Position numbers and translations under genes: made by a program
Assembly: GCA_020427395.1 (NCBI GenBank)
Contig: JAGQON010000006.1
Span: 42,129 to 106,128 of the forward strand
DNA from: Phycisphaerales bacterium
Lineage (GTDB): Bacteria; Planctomycetota; Phycisphaerae; Phycisphaerales; UBA1924
DNA: 64,000 bases
Direction: 5' to 3'
In this document: piece after piece, positions 36,961 to 45,653 of the stretch
Layout: each line of letters starts with the position of its first letter
Position numbering within the stretch: the first letter of the stretch is position 1
The notes under the pieces: model-generated
What the model was told of the DNA's origin: nothing
What the model saw: only the letters and a program-made list of their open reading frames with translations
Database searches by the model: none

Positions 36961-37656
36961 ATGAGCACGAACACGCCATGGGATGACGAGTACACGCTGC
37001 TGTGCGAGAAGTGCGGGTATCGGCTTGAGGGTCTGGATACGGACGGCCTGTGCCCTGAGTGTGGGCTGGCGATCCGGGAGAGTTTTCCAGAGCGACGGCG
37101 CACATTCGAGTGGCTGGGTTACACGCGTCCGCGTGATCTGATCAGGATGGCGGAGATGACGCTGTTTCGTCCGGCGGAGTTGTTCGGGCACATGCGGATC
37201 GAAGAGGGCGTGAGTTCGGACCTGCGTTCGTACTGGTTTCTTGTCGCGATTGCATTGATAATGCTTGGATACATTGTCACTCCTGGTGACGATGTTTGGT
37301 GGTTCCGGGCTCTGATCTCACCTATCTTCATCGTGATTTATCTCTATATGTTGTTTTACAACTGGTTGGTTCGTGTGATGTTTGAGTTCATCGCGAGGCG
37401 CTGCGGCAAGCGCATGGATCGAGAGCTCGCGGGCACCATCACGAACTACGCCAGCTTTGCGTGGATTGGCTTTGCGATTGTGATTCTGGTTGTTTTCCCG
37501 GCCAAGGGCATCGCGGAAACGGGTGGGCATCTTCGGCTTGCTGAAGTCATTGAATGGATAGGTGCCTGTGGTATGCTCGCTGTAGTTGGTTACATGATCT
37601 TCCTGCTGGTGCTCGGCTGCAAGCACGCCGGCTATGCGAATCGGGTCAGGCGGTAA
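36961..37656 (+). CDS. membrane protein with N-terminal CxxC...CxxC zinc ribbon (tandem paralog 1)
   Basis: The N-terminus 'MSTNTPWDDEYTLLCEKCGYRLEGLDTDGLCPECGLAIRESFPERR' is followed by 4 TM helices. Confidence 0.65.
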   Translation: MSTNTPWDDEYTLLCEKCGYRLEGLDTDGLCPECGLAIRESFPERRRTFEWLGYTRPRDLIRMAEMTLFRPAELFGHMRIEEGVSSDLRSYWFLVAIALIMLGYIVTPGDDVWWFRALISPIFIVIYLYMLFYNWLVRVMFEFIARRCGKRMDRELAGTITNYASFAWIGFAIVILVVFPAKGIAETGGHLRLAEVIEWIGACGMLAVVGYMIFLLVLGCKHAGYANRVRR

Positions 37657-37659
37657 TGC

Positions 37660-38463
37660 ATGCGCACGAAGACGTCATGGGATGACGAGTACACGCTGCT
37701 GTGCGAGAACTGCGGGTATGTGATCGAGGGGCTGGACCCGGCGGGCAACTGCCCGGAGTGCGGCAAGACGATCGCGGAGAGTCTGCCGGAGCGTCGGGTG
37801 GGGACGCCGTGGCAGCAGTCGCCGGGTGTGTGGTCGCTGGTGCGGACCTGGTGGATGACGCTGCGGCATCCGCTGCGGACGCTGGATGTGATGCGGATCG
37901 ACGGGCACCAACGCAAGTCGCTGTGGGATTGGACGATCACACTCATTATTCTGCTCCCTGTCCCGGTTTGCCTGTTTGGCATCTTCGAGCTCGGACAGGG
38001 CATGCAATTGAATCAGGGCATACGCACACACGGTGTGCCTGGTGCGTGGACATTCACACCGGGATACTTCTTTGTGATGATACCTGTGCTCACCGCTACC
38101 GAAGCACTCGGTCTCCGAGTGATTGCGCGACAACGAGGATTCCGAGTACCACGAGACATATCAAAGACAATCACCGCACATGGTGCGGTCGGTTGGCTTG
38201 CAATGAGCACGGGGTTGACCCTGAGCTTCATTTACATCGCCATTCCGATCGCCCTGCACGGCAACCCCGATGGAGCGTTTGACTCAAGGCTACGCGGGCT
38301 CATCATGTGGGCATGGCCGATGATCGGGTTCAGCTTCCTCTTCGGCTTCCTCTTCTTCGAGACCTTCGCCTACCTCGGCCTCCGCCGCTGCAAGTTCGCC
38401 AACCGCGTGCGTCCGGAATCCCCATCGCAGGGTGCCACTACTCGCGTCGAAGACGCGCAGTAG
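37660..38463 (+). CDS. membrane protein with N-terminal CxxC...CxxC zinc ribbon (tandem paralog 2)
   Basis: The N-terminus 'MRTKTSWDDEYTLLCENCGYVIEGLDPAGNCPECGKTIAESLPERR' is followed by TM helices. The last 11 codons lie inside palindromic repeat family A. Confidence 0.65.
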   Translation: MRTKTSWDDEYTLLCENCGYVIEGLDPAGNCPECGKTIAESLPERRVGTPWQQSPGVWSLVRTWWMTLRHPLRTLDVMRIDGHQRKSLWDWTITLIILLPVPVCLFGIFELGQGMQLNQGIRTHGVPGAWTFTPGYFFVMIPVLTATEALGLRVIARQRGFRVPRDISKTITAHGAVGWLAMSTGLTLSFIYIAIPIALHGNPDGAFDSRLRGLIMWAWPMIGFSFLFGFLFFETFAYLGLRRCKFANRVRPESPSQGATTRVEDAQ

Positions 38464-38521
38464 TGTCTTCCGAACTTCCTCAGAGCACTACTGCGCCGCT
38501 TTGCGTCGAGTAGTGGCACCC
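38431..38521. repeat. palindromic repeat family A (GGTGCCACTACTCGC ... GCGCAGTAGTG ... CACTACTGCGC ... GAGTAGTGGCACC)
   Basis: A long imperfect hairpin of about 90 bp. It overlaps the stop of the zinc-ribbon gene at 38463 and precedes ispG. Confidence 0.75.
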
Positions 38522-38588
38522 GGATCTCAGAATCGAAACACCCGACGAACCAACCACCAAATCCACCCGTACGACCTAGAATCTTCCG

Positions 38589-39899
38589 ATGAAGCCCAGA
38601 AACCCAACTCGGCCTATTTTCGTCGGCGATGAACGCACCGGGATCGTCCAGATCGGGGGCGGGATTGCGCCGGATCATGCCCTGGCCAAGGGTCTGAGTG
38701 GCCCCACGCAGCCCGCGCCGGTGAGCGTGCAGACGATGACGGCGGGGTACACGCACGATATCGACAAATGCGTGGCGGAGATCCACAAGCTGACGGCCGC
38801 GGGCGCGGACATCGTGCGGGTGGCGGTGCCCGAGAAGAAGGACACCGAGGCGCTGGGCGAGATCATCAGCCAGACGAGTGTGCCGATCGTCGCGGATGTG
38901 CACTTCCACTTCAAGCGGGCGCTGGAAGCGATCGAGGCGGGTGTGCACAAGATCCGCCTGAACCCCGGCAACATCAACGACCGCAAGCAGGTCGAGGCCG
39001 TGATTGATGCGTGCAAGGATCGGGGTATCCCGATCCGTGTGGGCGTCAACGAGGGCTCGATCATCGAGCGCAAGGACAAGCAGGCGCGGGCCAAGGAGCT
39101 GGGCGCGGTCTTCAGCGACCAGAAGCACGGCTACATGCTCTCAATCATGATCGCCAAGCTCGAGGAGTACCTCGACATCTTCTACGAGCGCGATTTCTAC
39201 GACATCGCCATCAGCGCCAAGTCGATGGACGCGACGGTGGTGATCGACGCCTACACCGAGATCGCCAAGCGTTTCCCTCACCCGCTGCACCTGGGCGTGA
39301 CCCACGCGGGACCGAAAGAAACAGGCTGCATCCGCTCGGTCGTCGCGCTGGGCTCGCTGCTGAGCCAGGGCATCGGCGACACGATCCGGATCAGCTACGC
39401 CAACGACCCGATCTACGAGGTCGAGGACGGGCTGGAGCTGCTGTACTCGCTGGGCCTGCGCGAGCGGATCGGCGCGGAGCTGATCGCGTGCCCGACCTGC
39501 GGGCGCATCCAGGTGGACCTGTTCTCGCTCGTGCAGGAGGTGAACAAGAAGCTGGAGGACGAGATCGAGGTCCCGATGAAGGTCGCGGTGATGGGGTGCG
39601 TGGTGAACGGCCCCGGCGAGGCCGAGGGGGCGGATGTGGCCGTGTTCGCGGGCGATCGCAAGGGCATTATCTATGTTCAGGGCGAGAAGGTCGCGACGGT
39701 CGGCGAGGAGGAGATCCTCGATCGCTTGCTGAGCGAGTGCAAGGCCTTCCAGGACAAGGTCCGCCGCGGCGAGGCGAAGCTGGGCGAGAAGAAGGTAGAC
39801 ATCGTGCCGCCCGATCCGATGGGCGAGCTGGGCAGCGGCTGGGAGAAGATGGCGGCGGCGCGGATGGGGCACACCGAGCTGACGATCGAGGGGCGTTGA
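38589..39899 (+). CDS. ispG: 4-hydroxy-3-methylbut-2-en-1-yl diphosphate synthase (flavodoxin)
   Basis: Motifs 'VQTMT', 'AGADIVRVAVP', 'VPIVADVHFHFKRALEA', 'IRLNPGNI', 'IRVGVNEGS', 'ACPTCGR' and 'GCVVNGPGE'. Confidence 0.93.
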   Translation: MKPRNPTRPIFVGDERTGIVQIGGGIAPDHALAKGLSGPTQPAPVSVQTMTAGYTHDIDKCVAEIHKLTAAGADIVRVAVPEKKDTEALGEIISQTSVPIVADVHFHFKRALEAIEAGVHKIRLNPGNINDRKQVEAVIDACKDRGIPIRVGVNEGSIIERKDKQARAKELGAVFSDQKHGYMLSIMIAKLEEYLDIFYERDFYDIAISAKSMDATVVIDAYTEIAKRFPHPLHLGVTHAGPKETGCIRSVVALGSLLSQGIGDTIRISYANDPIYEVEDGLELLYSLGLRERIGAELIACPTCGRIQVDLFSLVQEVNKKLEDEIEVPMKVAVMGCVVNGPGEAEGADVAVFAGDRKGIIYVQGEKVATVGEEEILDRLLSECKAFQDKVRRGEAKLGEKKVDIVPPDPMGELGSGWEKMAAARMGHTELTIEGR

Positions 39900-39916
39900 G
39901 GGACTACACTGTGGGC

Positions 39917-40171
39917 ATGAACGAAGCGGCGCAGCAGTACACGATCGGATCGAGGGTGCGGGTCACCCAGACGCTCTCGCACGGCGAGGACCTCTCGGCC
40001 TTCGTGGTCGAGGGCGAGATCCTTCGCATGGGTCAGCAGAAGACCGGTTCGTGGTACGCTCACGCCCGCGACAAGAAGCTCTGGCTCGACCGCCTCGAGC
40101 TCCGCAAGGACGATGGCGAGATCGTGGTGATGAACCTCGATCAGCGCTCGACGGTCGAGGTCATCGACTGA
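39917..40171 (+). CDS. small hypothetical protein (84 aa)
   Basis: ATG 18 nt after the ispG stop, with normal composition ('YTIGSRVRVTQTLSHGEDLSAFVVEGEILRMG'), followed by a clean intrinsic terminator. It is the only credible part of the 386-aa track ORF 39011..40171. Confidence 0.55.
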   Translation: MNEAAQQYTIGSRVRVTQTLSHGEDLSAFVVEGEILRMGQQKTGSWYAHARDKKLWLDRLELRKDDGEIVVMNLDQRSTVEVID

Positions 40172-40197
40172 GCGTCGGCTAAGATTGTGGCTGGATG

Positions 40198-40222
40198 ACC
40201 CGGGCTTTGGCTCGGGTTTTTT
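40198..40222 (+). terminator. intrinsic terminator after the 84-aa gene downstream of ispG
   Basis: An 8-bp stem ACCCGGGC/GCTCGGGT (one G-U pair) has a TTTG loop and is followed by TTTTTT. Confidence 0.65.
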
Positions 40223-40232
40223 CATGCGCGTA

Positions 40233-40255
40233 GTGACCGGGTTTGTGCGCACAAA
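40233..40255. promoter_or_regulatory. operator-like site 1: GTGACCGGG-TTTGTGCGCACAAA (perfect 14-bp palindrome)
   Basis: TTTGTGCGCACAAA at 40242..40255 is its own reverse complement. The site repeats 114 bp downstream. Confidence 0.45.
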
Positions 40256-40346
40256 GTGGTCGCGAAGTGCGCGCTGTTTGAGATTTTGAAACATTTTTTT
40301 ATCGCGTTGCGGCGCGGGGGGTTATCGCTGCGCGGGTGGTGTTGGA

Positions 40347-40369
40347 GTGACGGGGTTTGTGCGCACAGA
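40347..40369. promoter_or_regulatory. operator-like site 2: GTGACGGGG-TTTGTGCGCACAGA
   Basis: It matches site 1 at 21 of 23 positions. An AT-rich stretch (TTTGAGATTTTGAAACATTTTTTTATC) separates the two sites. It lies directly upstream of the portal gene. Confidence 0.45.
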
Positions 40370-40440
40370 TCGTGTCGGGGCGGGGTCTGGTGAGGGCGTG
40401 CGACATGTGGGACACGCCGGGTGTGGAGGAGGGACGCTTG

Positions 40441-41964
40441 ATGACGGGCCAGCTCATGACAAATGACGGGGACGCGAAACACGATTGGTTGCGGGCGAGG
40501 GAGGCGATCGCGGCGCATGCGCGCCGGGCGCTCCCACGCTACGACAAGCTCTGGGCGTACTACCGCAATCCGATTGAGCTGGTCCGTGCATCGGGCGGTG
40601 CGGTTGGGGTCGGTGGCTCGGCAAGGGGCTGGTACCGCTCGGCCCAGGAGGTCGGGCTGCCGGCGCGGATCGTCGGGTATGGTTCGGCGCTGGGAGCCGT
40701 CGGTGATGAGCGCGGCAGGCGCGAGGTCGTGATCGAGAACGACATCGGGTGGCGCGTGGCGGCGATGGTGGACTTCATGTTCGGCTCGCCGATCCGGATC
40801 GAATCGCTGGCCGAGGACGAGGCGACACGCGAGCGGATCGAGGAAGTGCTCGAACGGGTGTGGGAGGCGAGCGGCGGGATCGCGCTGCTGCAGGACATGG
40901 CGACGCTGGGGCATGTCTTCGGGCATGTGGATCTGCTGGTGCGCATTGATGAGCAGGGGCTGATTGGTTCGCGCCTGCCTCATGCCGAACGATGGATCTC
41001 GATCGAACCGATCGATGCACGCCGGGGCGTGGCGGTGCTGAGCGAGCGCGACTACCGCGAGATCGAGCTGTACGCGCTACACATCGGCAGCGTGAATGAA
41101 GACGGGAATATGCAGGGGCGTGAGCCGGCGCGGGGTGGTTGGCTGGACCGCCTGCGCAGCGAGCGCAAGGCCAAGCGCATCTGCACAGACGCGGCCACCA
41201 AGGGCGTGAGCGAGGTAATCACCGCCTCGGGCTGGTCGCGCGTGGTCGATGGCGAGGTGAGCGCGACGGGCGCGTGGTCGCTGCTGCCCGGCGTGCTGCC
41301 GGTCGTGCATGTGCAGAACATGAGCCAGCCGTTCGTGTACGAGGGGATCGGCGAGGTCGAGGGGCTGGTGGGCCTGCAGGACGAGCTGAACACGCGCCTG
41401 AGCGATCGCGCCAGCCGCGTGACGCTGCAGAGCTTCAAGATGTACCTCGCCAAGGGGATCGACGGCTTCCGCGGGAGCAGCGTGGGCCCGGGCATGGTCT
41501 GGAGCACGGACAACCCGGACGCGAGCATCAGCAGCTTCGGCGGCGACGCGAGCAGCCCGAGCGAGGATGCGCACATCGGTGAGATCCGCGAGGCGATGGA
41601 CAAGATCAGCGGCGTGCCGCCTGTCGCCGGCGGTGTGGTGCGGGCCAAGCTGGGCAACCTGAGCAGCGCCAACGCGCTGCGGATCACGCTCATGAGTCTC
41701 ATCGCCAAGACCATGCGCAAGCGGGTGACCTATGGGCGCGGCATCGAGCGAGCGAGCGGGCTCGTGCTCGACTACCTCAACGCGGCGGGCGTGCTCAAGA
41801 CGGACGCGCGGGATCGCGGCGTGCGGGTGGTGTGGGGTCCGCTGCCGGTGGTGGATGAGGAATCAATCGTGGCCGCGGGTCGGGCGAAGGTGGAGCTTGG
41901 TGTCGACGAGCAGCGTGTGCTCGATGAGCTGGGCTACGGCGATGCCGACCCGGGCGTGGTCTGA
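40441..41964 (+). CDS. probable phage portal protein
   Basis: About 507 aa, placed immediately upstream of a coiled-coil scaffold-like gene and an HK97-fold-type capsid gene, with the N-terminal 'LPRYDKLWAYYRNP' region typical of portal N-termini. Start chosen after GGAGGA; ATG 40405 is an alternative. Confidence 0.55.
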   Translation: MTGQLMTNDGDAKHDWLRAREAIAAHARRALPRYDKLWAYYRNPIELVRASGGAVGVGGSARGWYRSAQEVGLPARIVGYGSALGAVGDERGRREVVIENDIGWRVAAMVDFMFGSPIRIESLAEDEATRERIEEVLERVWEASGGIALLQDMATLGHVFGHVDLLVRIDEQGLIGSRLPHAERWISIEPIDARRGVAVLSERDYREIELYALHIGSVNEDGNMQGREPARGGWLDRLRSERKAKRICTDAATKGVSEVITASGWSRVVDGEVSATGAWSLLPGVLPVVHVQNMSQPFVYEGIGEVEGLVGLQDELNTRLSDRASRVTLQSFKMYLAKGIDGFRGSSVGPGMVWSTDNPDASISSFGGDASSPSEDAHIGEIREAMDKISGVPPVAGGVVRAKLGNLSSANALRITLMSLIAKTMRKRVTYGRGIERASGLVLDYLNAAGVLKTDARDRGVRVVWGPLPVVDEESIVAAGRAKVELGVDEQRVLDELGYGDADPGVV

Positions 41965-41981
41965 ACACAAAGGAGGAAGCG

Positions 41982-42494
41982 ATGGCAAAGACGGGCGCGG
42001 GTGGCGCGGACAACCTGGACGGCGGCGGCGCGGCATCGGTTGATGCGGGCGCGGTGCAGGTGAACGAGGAAGTGATCTGGAAGGCGCGGGCAGAGCAGGC
42101 GGAGGAGGAGGTGGAGCAGCTGCAAGCGAAGATCGCGGAGCTGGAGTCGGCGTTGGGCACGGCGCAGCAGACGATCACGCAGGTCGAGCGGCGCGGGGAG
42201 ATCGATCGGGAGCTGACGGCCGCCAAGGCCGTTGACCTGGAGACGGCGCGACTGCTCACGGAGGCGGTGATCGCGGAGATGGATGAGCCGGATGTGGTGC
42301 TTGCGGTGCGTGAGCTGTGCGATCGCAAGCCGTTCCTGTTCGGGTGCGGGCGACAAGGCCCGGGCGGCGTGTCGATGTCGCCGGCGACTGGCGTGAGCGA
42401 AGGCGAAGCGCTGCGCGAGATGGCGCAGCACGCGCGGAGCAGCGGGGATCGCAGCGAGCTGCTGCGGTACCTGCGGGCGCGTCGGGTCGGTTGA
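41982..42494 (+). CDS. probable phage scaffolding protein
   Basis: 170 aa with an AAAGGAGGAA SD and an acidic coiled-coil 'QAEEEVEQLQAKIAELESALGTAQQTITQ'. Its position between portal and capsid supports the call. Confidence 0.5.
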   Translation: MAKTGAGGADNLDGGGAASVDAGAVQVNEEVIWKARAEQAEEEVEQLQAKIAELESALGTAQQTITQVERRGEIDRELTAAKAVDLETARLLTEAVIAEMDEPDVVLAVRELCDRKPFLFGCGRQGPGGVSMSPATGVSEGEALREMAQHARSSGDRSELLRYLRARRVG

Positions 42495-42544
42495 AGCGTG
42501 TTGGTTGTTTGGTTGAGTCAGGTATGAACAGAGGAGGATGACGC

Positions 42545-43720
42545 ATGGCGTTTACGGGGAAGGCGAGTTTTTCGGCGGGTTCGGGGCTGCCCGAGCTGGT
42601 GGAGGATGTGAGCGACATCATCGGGATCGTGAGCCCGCATGAGACGCCGCTGCTGGATCACCTGGGTGATGCGAAGCGGGCGGCGATGTCGACGGTGCAC
42701 GAGTGGATCGAGGATGCGATGCTGCCCAACAGCGGGCAGATCAACCAGAGCAGCTTCTCGCCCGGGCCGACCACGGCGACGACGATCACGGTCGACGACG
42801 CGGGCGTGTTCCGCGAGGGCGACCTGATCCGTCCGGGGCAGAGCGGCGAGGTGGCGCTGGTGGTCGCGGTGGTGACGGGCTCGAGCCAAATCGCGATCGT
42901 GCGTGGGTACGGCGGCACGAGTGCGGCCACGCTCGCGGACGACATGAAGCTGACGATCATCGGCAACGCGGCGCTCGAAGGCGATGTCGCGCCCGAGGCG
43001 CGGTTCACGAACCGTGTCCGCAAGAGCAACTACACGCAGATCTTCACGGCGGGGATCGATGTGTCGGGTTCGATGCAGGCCAGCCGGGCGTACGGCGTGG
43101 CGGATGAGGTGGACTACCAGAAGCAGGAGCGGATGCGTGAGCTGCTGCGCGACCTGGAGAACTGCGTGATCAACGGCGTCGCGCCAACCAGCAGCCCGCA
43201 GGGCAGCTCGACGGTACGCCGATCGATGAACGGGCTGCTGCACTCGATGCAGACCAACCTGTTCGAGCCCGGCACGGGCCCGATCCCGGACGGCGACGGG
43301 GCGGGCAGCGATCTGCTCAACGAGGCGGTGCTCAACGCGGCGCTCAAGTCGATCTGGGAGAACAGCAGCGGCAGCGTGGACACGATCGTGGTGGGCGGCG
43401 GGCAGAAGCGCCGGATCAACGGCTTCGCGACGGGCAGCCGCGCATACCTGCCGGACGACCAGGTCTATTCGGACATGATCAGCGTGTACGAGAGCGACTT
43501 CGGCGTGTGCCGCGTGCTGCTCAGCCGCTGGGTGCCCAGCGACAAGGTGCTGCTGCTGGATTCGTCCCGGATCAGCGTGATGCCGATGCAGGGTCGCAGC
43601 TTCCATTACAAGCCGCTCGCGGCGACGGGCGACTCGATCAGCGGGCAGGTGATCGGCGAGTACACGCTGGAGTTCAAGAACGAGAACGCGCACGGCGTAA
43701 TCTCGGGGCTGGGCGTGTGA
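42545..43720 (+). CDS. phage major capsid protein (SU10/DUF5309-like)
   Basis: 391 aa with a GAGGAGGA SD. The N-terminal 'LVEDVSDIIGIVSPHETPLLDHLGDAKRAAMSTVHEWIEDAML' matches my recollection of the DUF5309/SU10 capsid signature (..sP.eTP....lg....a.st.heW.eD.L). A strong terminator follows. Confidence 0.65.
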   Translation: MAFTGKASFSAGSGLPELVEDVSDIIGIVSPHETPLLDHLGDAKRAAMSTVHEWIEDAMLPNSGQINQSSFSPGPTTATTITVDDAGVFREGDLIRPGQSGEVALVVAVVTGSSQIAIVRGYGGTSAATLADDMKLTIIGNAALEGDVAPEARFTNRVRKSNYTQIFTAGIDVSGSMQASRAYGVADEVDYQKQERMRELLRDLENCVINGVAPTSSPQGSSTVRRSMNGLLHSMQTNLFEPGTGPIPDGDGAGSDLLNEAVLNAALKSIWENSSGSVDTIVVGGGQKRRINGFATGSRAYLPDDQVYSDMISVYESDFGVCRVLLSRWVPSDKVLLLDSSRISVMPMQGRSFHYKPLAATGDSISGQVIGEYTLEFKNENAHGVISGLGV

Positions 43721-43721
43721 T

Positions 43722-43792
43722 CTGTTCGCCTCCCCCACGCTTGCGGGGGAGGTGGGCCGACGCAGTCGGCTCGGAGGGGGTCTTCAGAGAAT
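43722..43792. repeat. palindromic repeat family B, single unit
   Basis: The unit CTGTTCGCCTCCCCCACGCTTGCGGGGGAGGTGGGCCGACGCAGTCGGCTCGGAGGGGGTCTTCAGAGAA shares the GGGGAGGTG, CGACGCAG and GGAGGGGTCTTC(C)AGAGAA blocks with the 35.7-kb copy. Confidence 0.65.
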
Positions 43793-43852
43793 CAGACCGG
43801 CTCAACAGCCGATCATCAAACGCGGGGTTTCAGCGGGGGCGCTGGGGCTCGC

Positions 43853-43890
43853 GGCCCGGGCGGGAGGGGTGCCCGCCCGGGCCTTTTGGT
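43853..43890 (+). terminator. strong intrinsic terminator downstream of the major capsid gene
   Basis: A perfect 12-bp GC stem GGCCCGGGCGGG/CCCGCCCGGGCC has a 7-nt loop and is followed by TTTTGGTT. Confidence 0.7.
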
Positions 43891-43916
43891 TGAGGCACAA
43901 GCGAAAAGGAGAAGCC

Positions 43917-44552
43917 ATGTTTTCAAGGGATCGGGATCTGGTCGTGCACGAGCCGGGGCTCATGCGGGATGTGGGATGGGCAGGGCAGCGGCGGTTGTCG
44001 GTGCTGGGGAGCGTGAGCGGCACGCAGCTGACGCTGAATAGCGGCTCGTTCATCGATGCTGGCGTGGAGGCCGGGCATGTGGCGGTGTTCGATGATGTCA
44101 CGCTGGAGATCGTGGGCGTGGACAGCGCGACGACGTCCACGGTCAGTCTCATGCGTGGCGACATCGCGGGCGCGGCCGTGCCACCGTTCGCGGCCAGCAA
44201 CCGCAGCGTGGTGGTCTACGACTTCGCTGCGCAGCGGGCGATCGTGCACCGCCAGGTGCTCACCATGCTGGGGATCGACGATGGCGAAGAGCAGGTGTTC
44301 GGCGTGAACGAGTCGATGGTCACCAACCCGCGGGCGCTCACACGCCTGGAGGCGCTGGGCACGCTGCATCTGATCTACGCGGGCGCTTCGGCACCATCAC
44401 GCGGGAGCGGTCGGTTTGAGCAGCGGGCCGAGCTGTATCGGCAAAGGTATCAGCGCGAGCGCGAGTCGGTGGTGGTGGCGATCGACACGGACGGCGACGG
44501 CATCGCGGAGGCGACGCGTCGTCCCAACGCCTTTGTGCTGAGCAGGGGGTGA
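43917..44552 (+). CDS. phage-module hypothetical protein (211 aa; possible head completion/connector)
   Basis: ATG after AAAGGAGAAG and tightly packed with the following genes. The function is inferred from position only. Confidence 0.5.
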   Translation: MFSRDRDLVVHEPGLMRDVGWAGQRRLSVLGSVSGTQLTLNSGSFIDAGVEAGHVAVFDDVTLEIVGVDSATTSTVSLMRGDIAGAAVPPFAASNRSVVVYDFAAQRAIVHRQVLTMLGIDDGEEQVFGVNESMVTNPRALTRLEALGTLHLIYAGASAPSRGSGRFEQRAELYRQRYQRERESVVVAIDTDGDGIAEATRRPNAFVLSRG

Positions 44553-44555
44553 TGC

Positions 44556-44954
44556 ATGATTGTGCTCCGACCGGATGAGGTGCGGTTCGATGGGCAGCCT
44601 TGGGGCGGCGTGGTGCGGGTGTCGATCGATCGGCTCTCGGCCCGCACCATCGAGGGCTACGGCGAGGAGGGCGCGTTCGCAACGCTCGTGGATGTATCGC
44701 GCCAGCGGATCGTACTGCGCGTGACGCAGGAGATCGTGGGCGATGATCTCAACGACCCGGCGCTGGGAACGCTGGGCGAGTTGGAACTGGTTGCGGGGAG
44801 CGGGAGCGACGCGGGTCGCCGCCGGGTGCGCTGCGACTGCGTGGTGGAGTCGGTGGTGAATCGCATCAGCGACTACGGGGCAACGCGGAGCGTGACGCTG
44901 ATCGCCCAGAGCGAGGGCGGCGATGAGGACCCGGTGCGGGTGACCGCGCTGTAA
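44556..44954 (+). CDS. phage-module hypothetical protein (132 aa)
   Basis: It starts 4 nt after the previous stop and has host-like codon usage. I recognised no family. Confidence 0.5.
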   Translation: MIVLRPDEVRFDGQPWGGVVRVSIDRLSARTIEGYGEEGAFATLVDVSRQRIVLRVTQEIVGDDLNDPALGTLGELELVAGSGSDAGRRRVRCDCVVESVVNRISDYGATRSVTLIAQSEGGDEDPVRVTAL

Positions 44955-44967
44955 AGGAGGGTGCGTG

Positions 44968-45348
44968 ATGGGGAGTTCGTTCAAGGGTGATGATCTGTTC
45001 GGGAGCGGGCCGCATGTGTTCGCGGTTGGGCGACAGGGCCGGCGGGTGGTGTCCTACAGCGCGGCCACGGGTGATCCGAGCATCGAGGGCTCGTTCGAGT
45101 CGGGTGATTACGAGGTGCGCGTGAGCGTGAAGGGGCAACTGGTGGCGAGCACGGAGAGCGGGCTGTGGGCGCTGCGCGATGCGATCGTCGCGGAGGCGGG
45201 CTTCGGGGTCAGCGCCGGCGACCTGATCGATCACCACGGGCGGGTGTTCGCCGGGGTGAAGCTGCTGAGCGTGGAGTGGGACGGGTCGATCGAGCGGGGG
45301 CGGGTGCTGAGCATCGGCTACGAGTGTGTCTTTGGCGAGACGGATTGA
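44968..45348 (+). CDS. phage-module hypothetical protein (126 aa)
   Basis: The ATG follows AAAGGAGGG. I recognised no family. Confidence 0.5.
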   Translation: MGSSFKGDDLFGSGPHVFAVGRQGRRVVSYSAATGDPSIEGSFESGDYEVRVSVKGQLVASTESGLWALRDAIVAEAGFGVSAGDLIDHHGRVFAGVKLLSVEWDGSIERGRVLSIGYECVFGETD

Positions 45349-45353
45349 GGTGG

Positions 45354-45629
45354 ATGATGGATACCGAGGTAATGGGGGCGCTGACGCAGTTCGGGGTGGC
45401 GGGGCTGGTGTGCTGGATGTGGCTGGTCGAACGCCGGGCATCGGCGGATCGCGAACGCCAGATCAGCGAGACCCACCGGGCGCTGATGGAGCAGCGGGAC
45501 GAGCGGGAGGGGCTGGTCTCGGTCGTCCGCGACAACACCCGGGCGATGACGGCCATCGAGCTGGGGCAGCGGGAACTCGTCGGTGCCATCGAGCGTTTGG
45601 GGCACACGAGCGATCGGCGTGCGTCGTGA
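45354..45629 (+). CDS. small membrane protein, N-terminal TM helix plus coiled coil (91 aa)
   Basis: The TM 'MGALTQFGVAGLVCWMWLV' is followed by the charged helical 'ERRASADRERQISETHRALMEQRDEREG'. It starts 6 nt after the previous stop. Confidence 0.5.
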   Translation: MMDTEVMGALTQFGVAGLVCWMWLVERRASADRERQISETHRALMEQRDEREGLVSVVRDNTRAMTAIELGQRELVGAIERLGHTSDRRAS

Positions 45630-45653
45630 GCACTTGGGCGCATACGATTGGGC

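Noticed and set aside
35389-37191. 600-aa ORF on the minus strand across obg
   Set aside because: It is antisense to a textbook Obg gene. Its composition is dominated by R, P, A, H and L, typical of shadow ORFs in high-GC DNA, and it shows no motifs.
39011-39916. First roughly 300 codons of the 386-aa ORF 39011..40171, which overlaps ispG in another frame
   Set aside because: The sequence is an Arg/Gly/Ala/Pro-rich frame-shifted reading of ispG. Only the terminal 84 codons, after the ispG stop and with their own ATG, look like a real gene.
35691-43800. Considered whether the palindromic repeats (families A and B, and the 9.3-kb element) form a CRISPR array
   Set aside because: The copies are isolated or paired head to head and kilobases apart. 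There are no regularly spaced direct repeats, spacers or cas genes.
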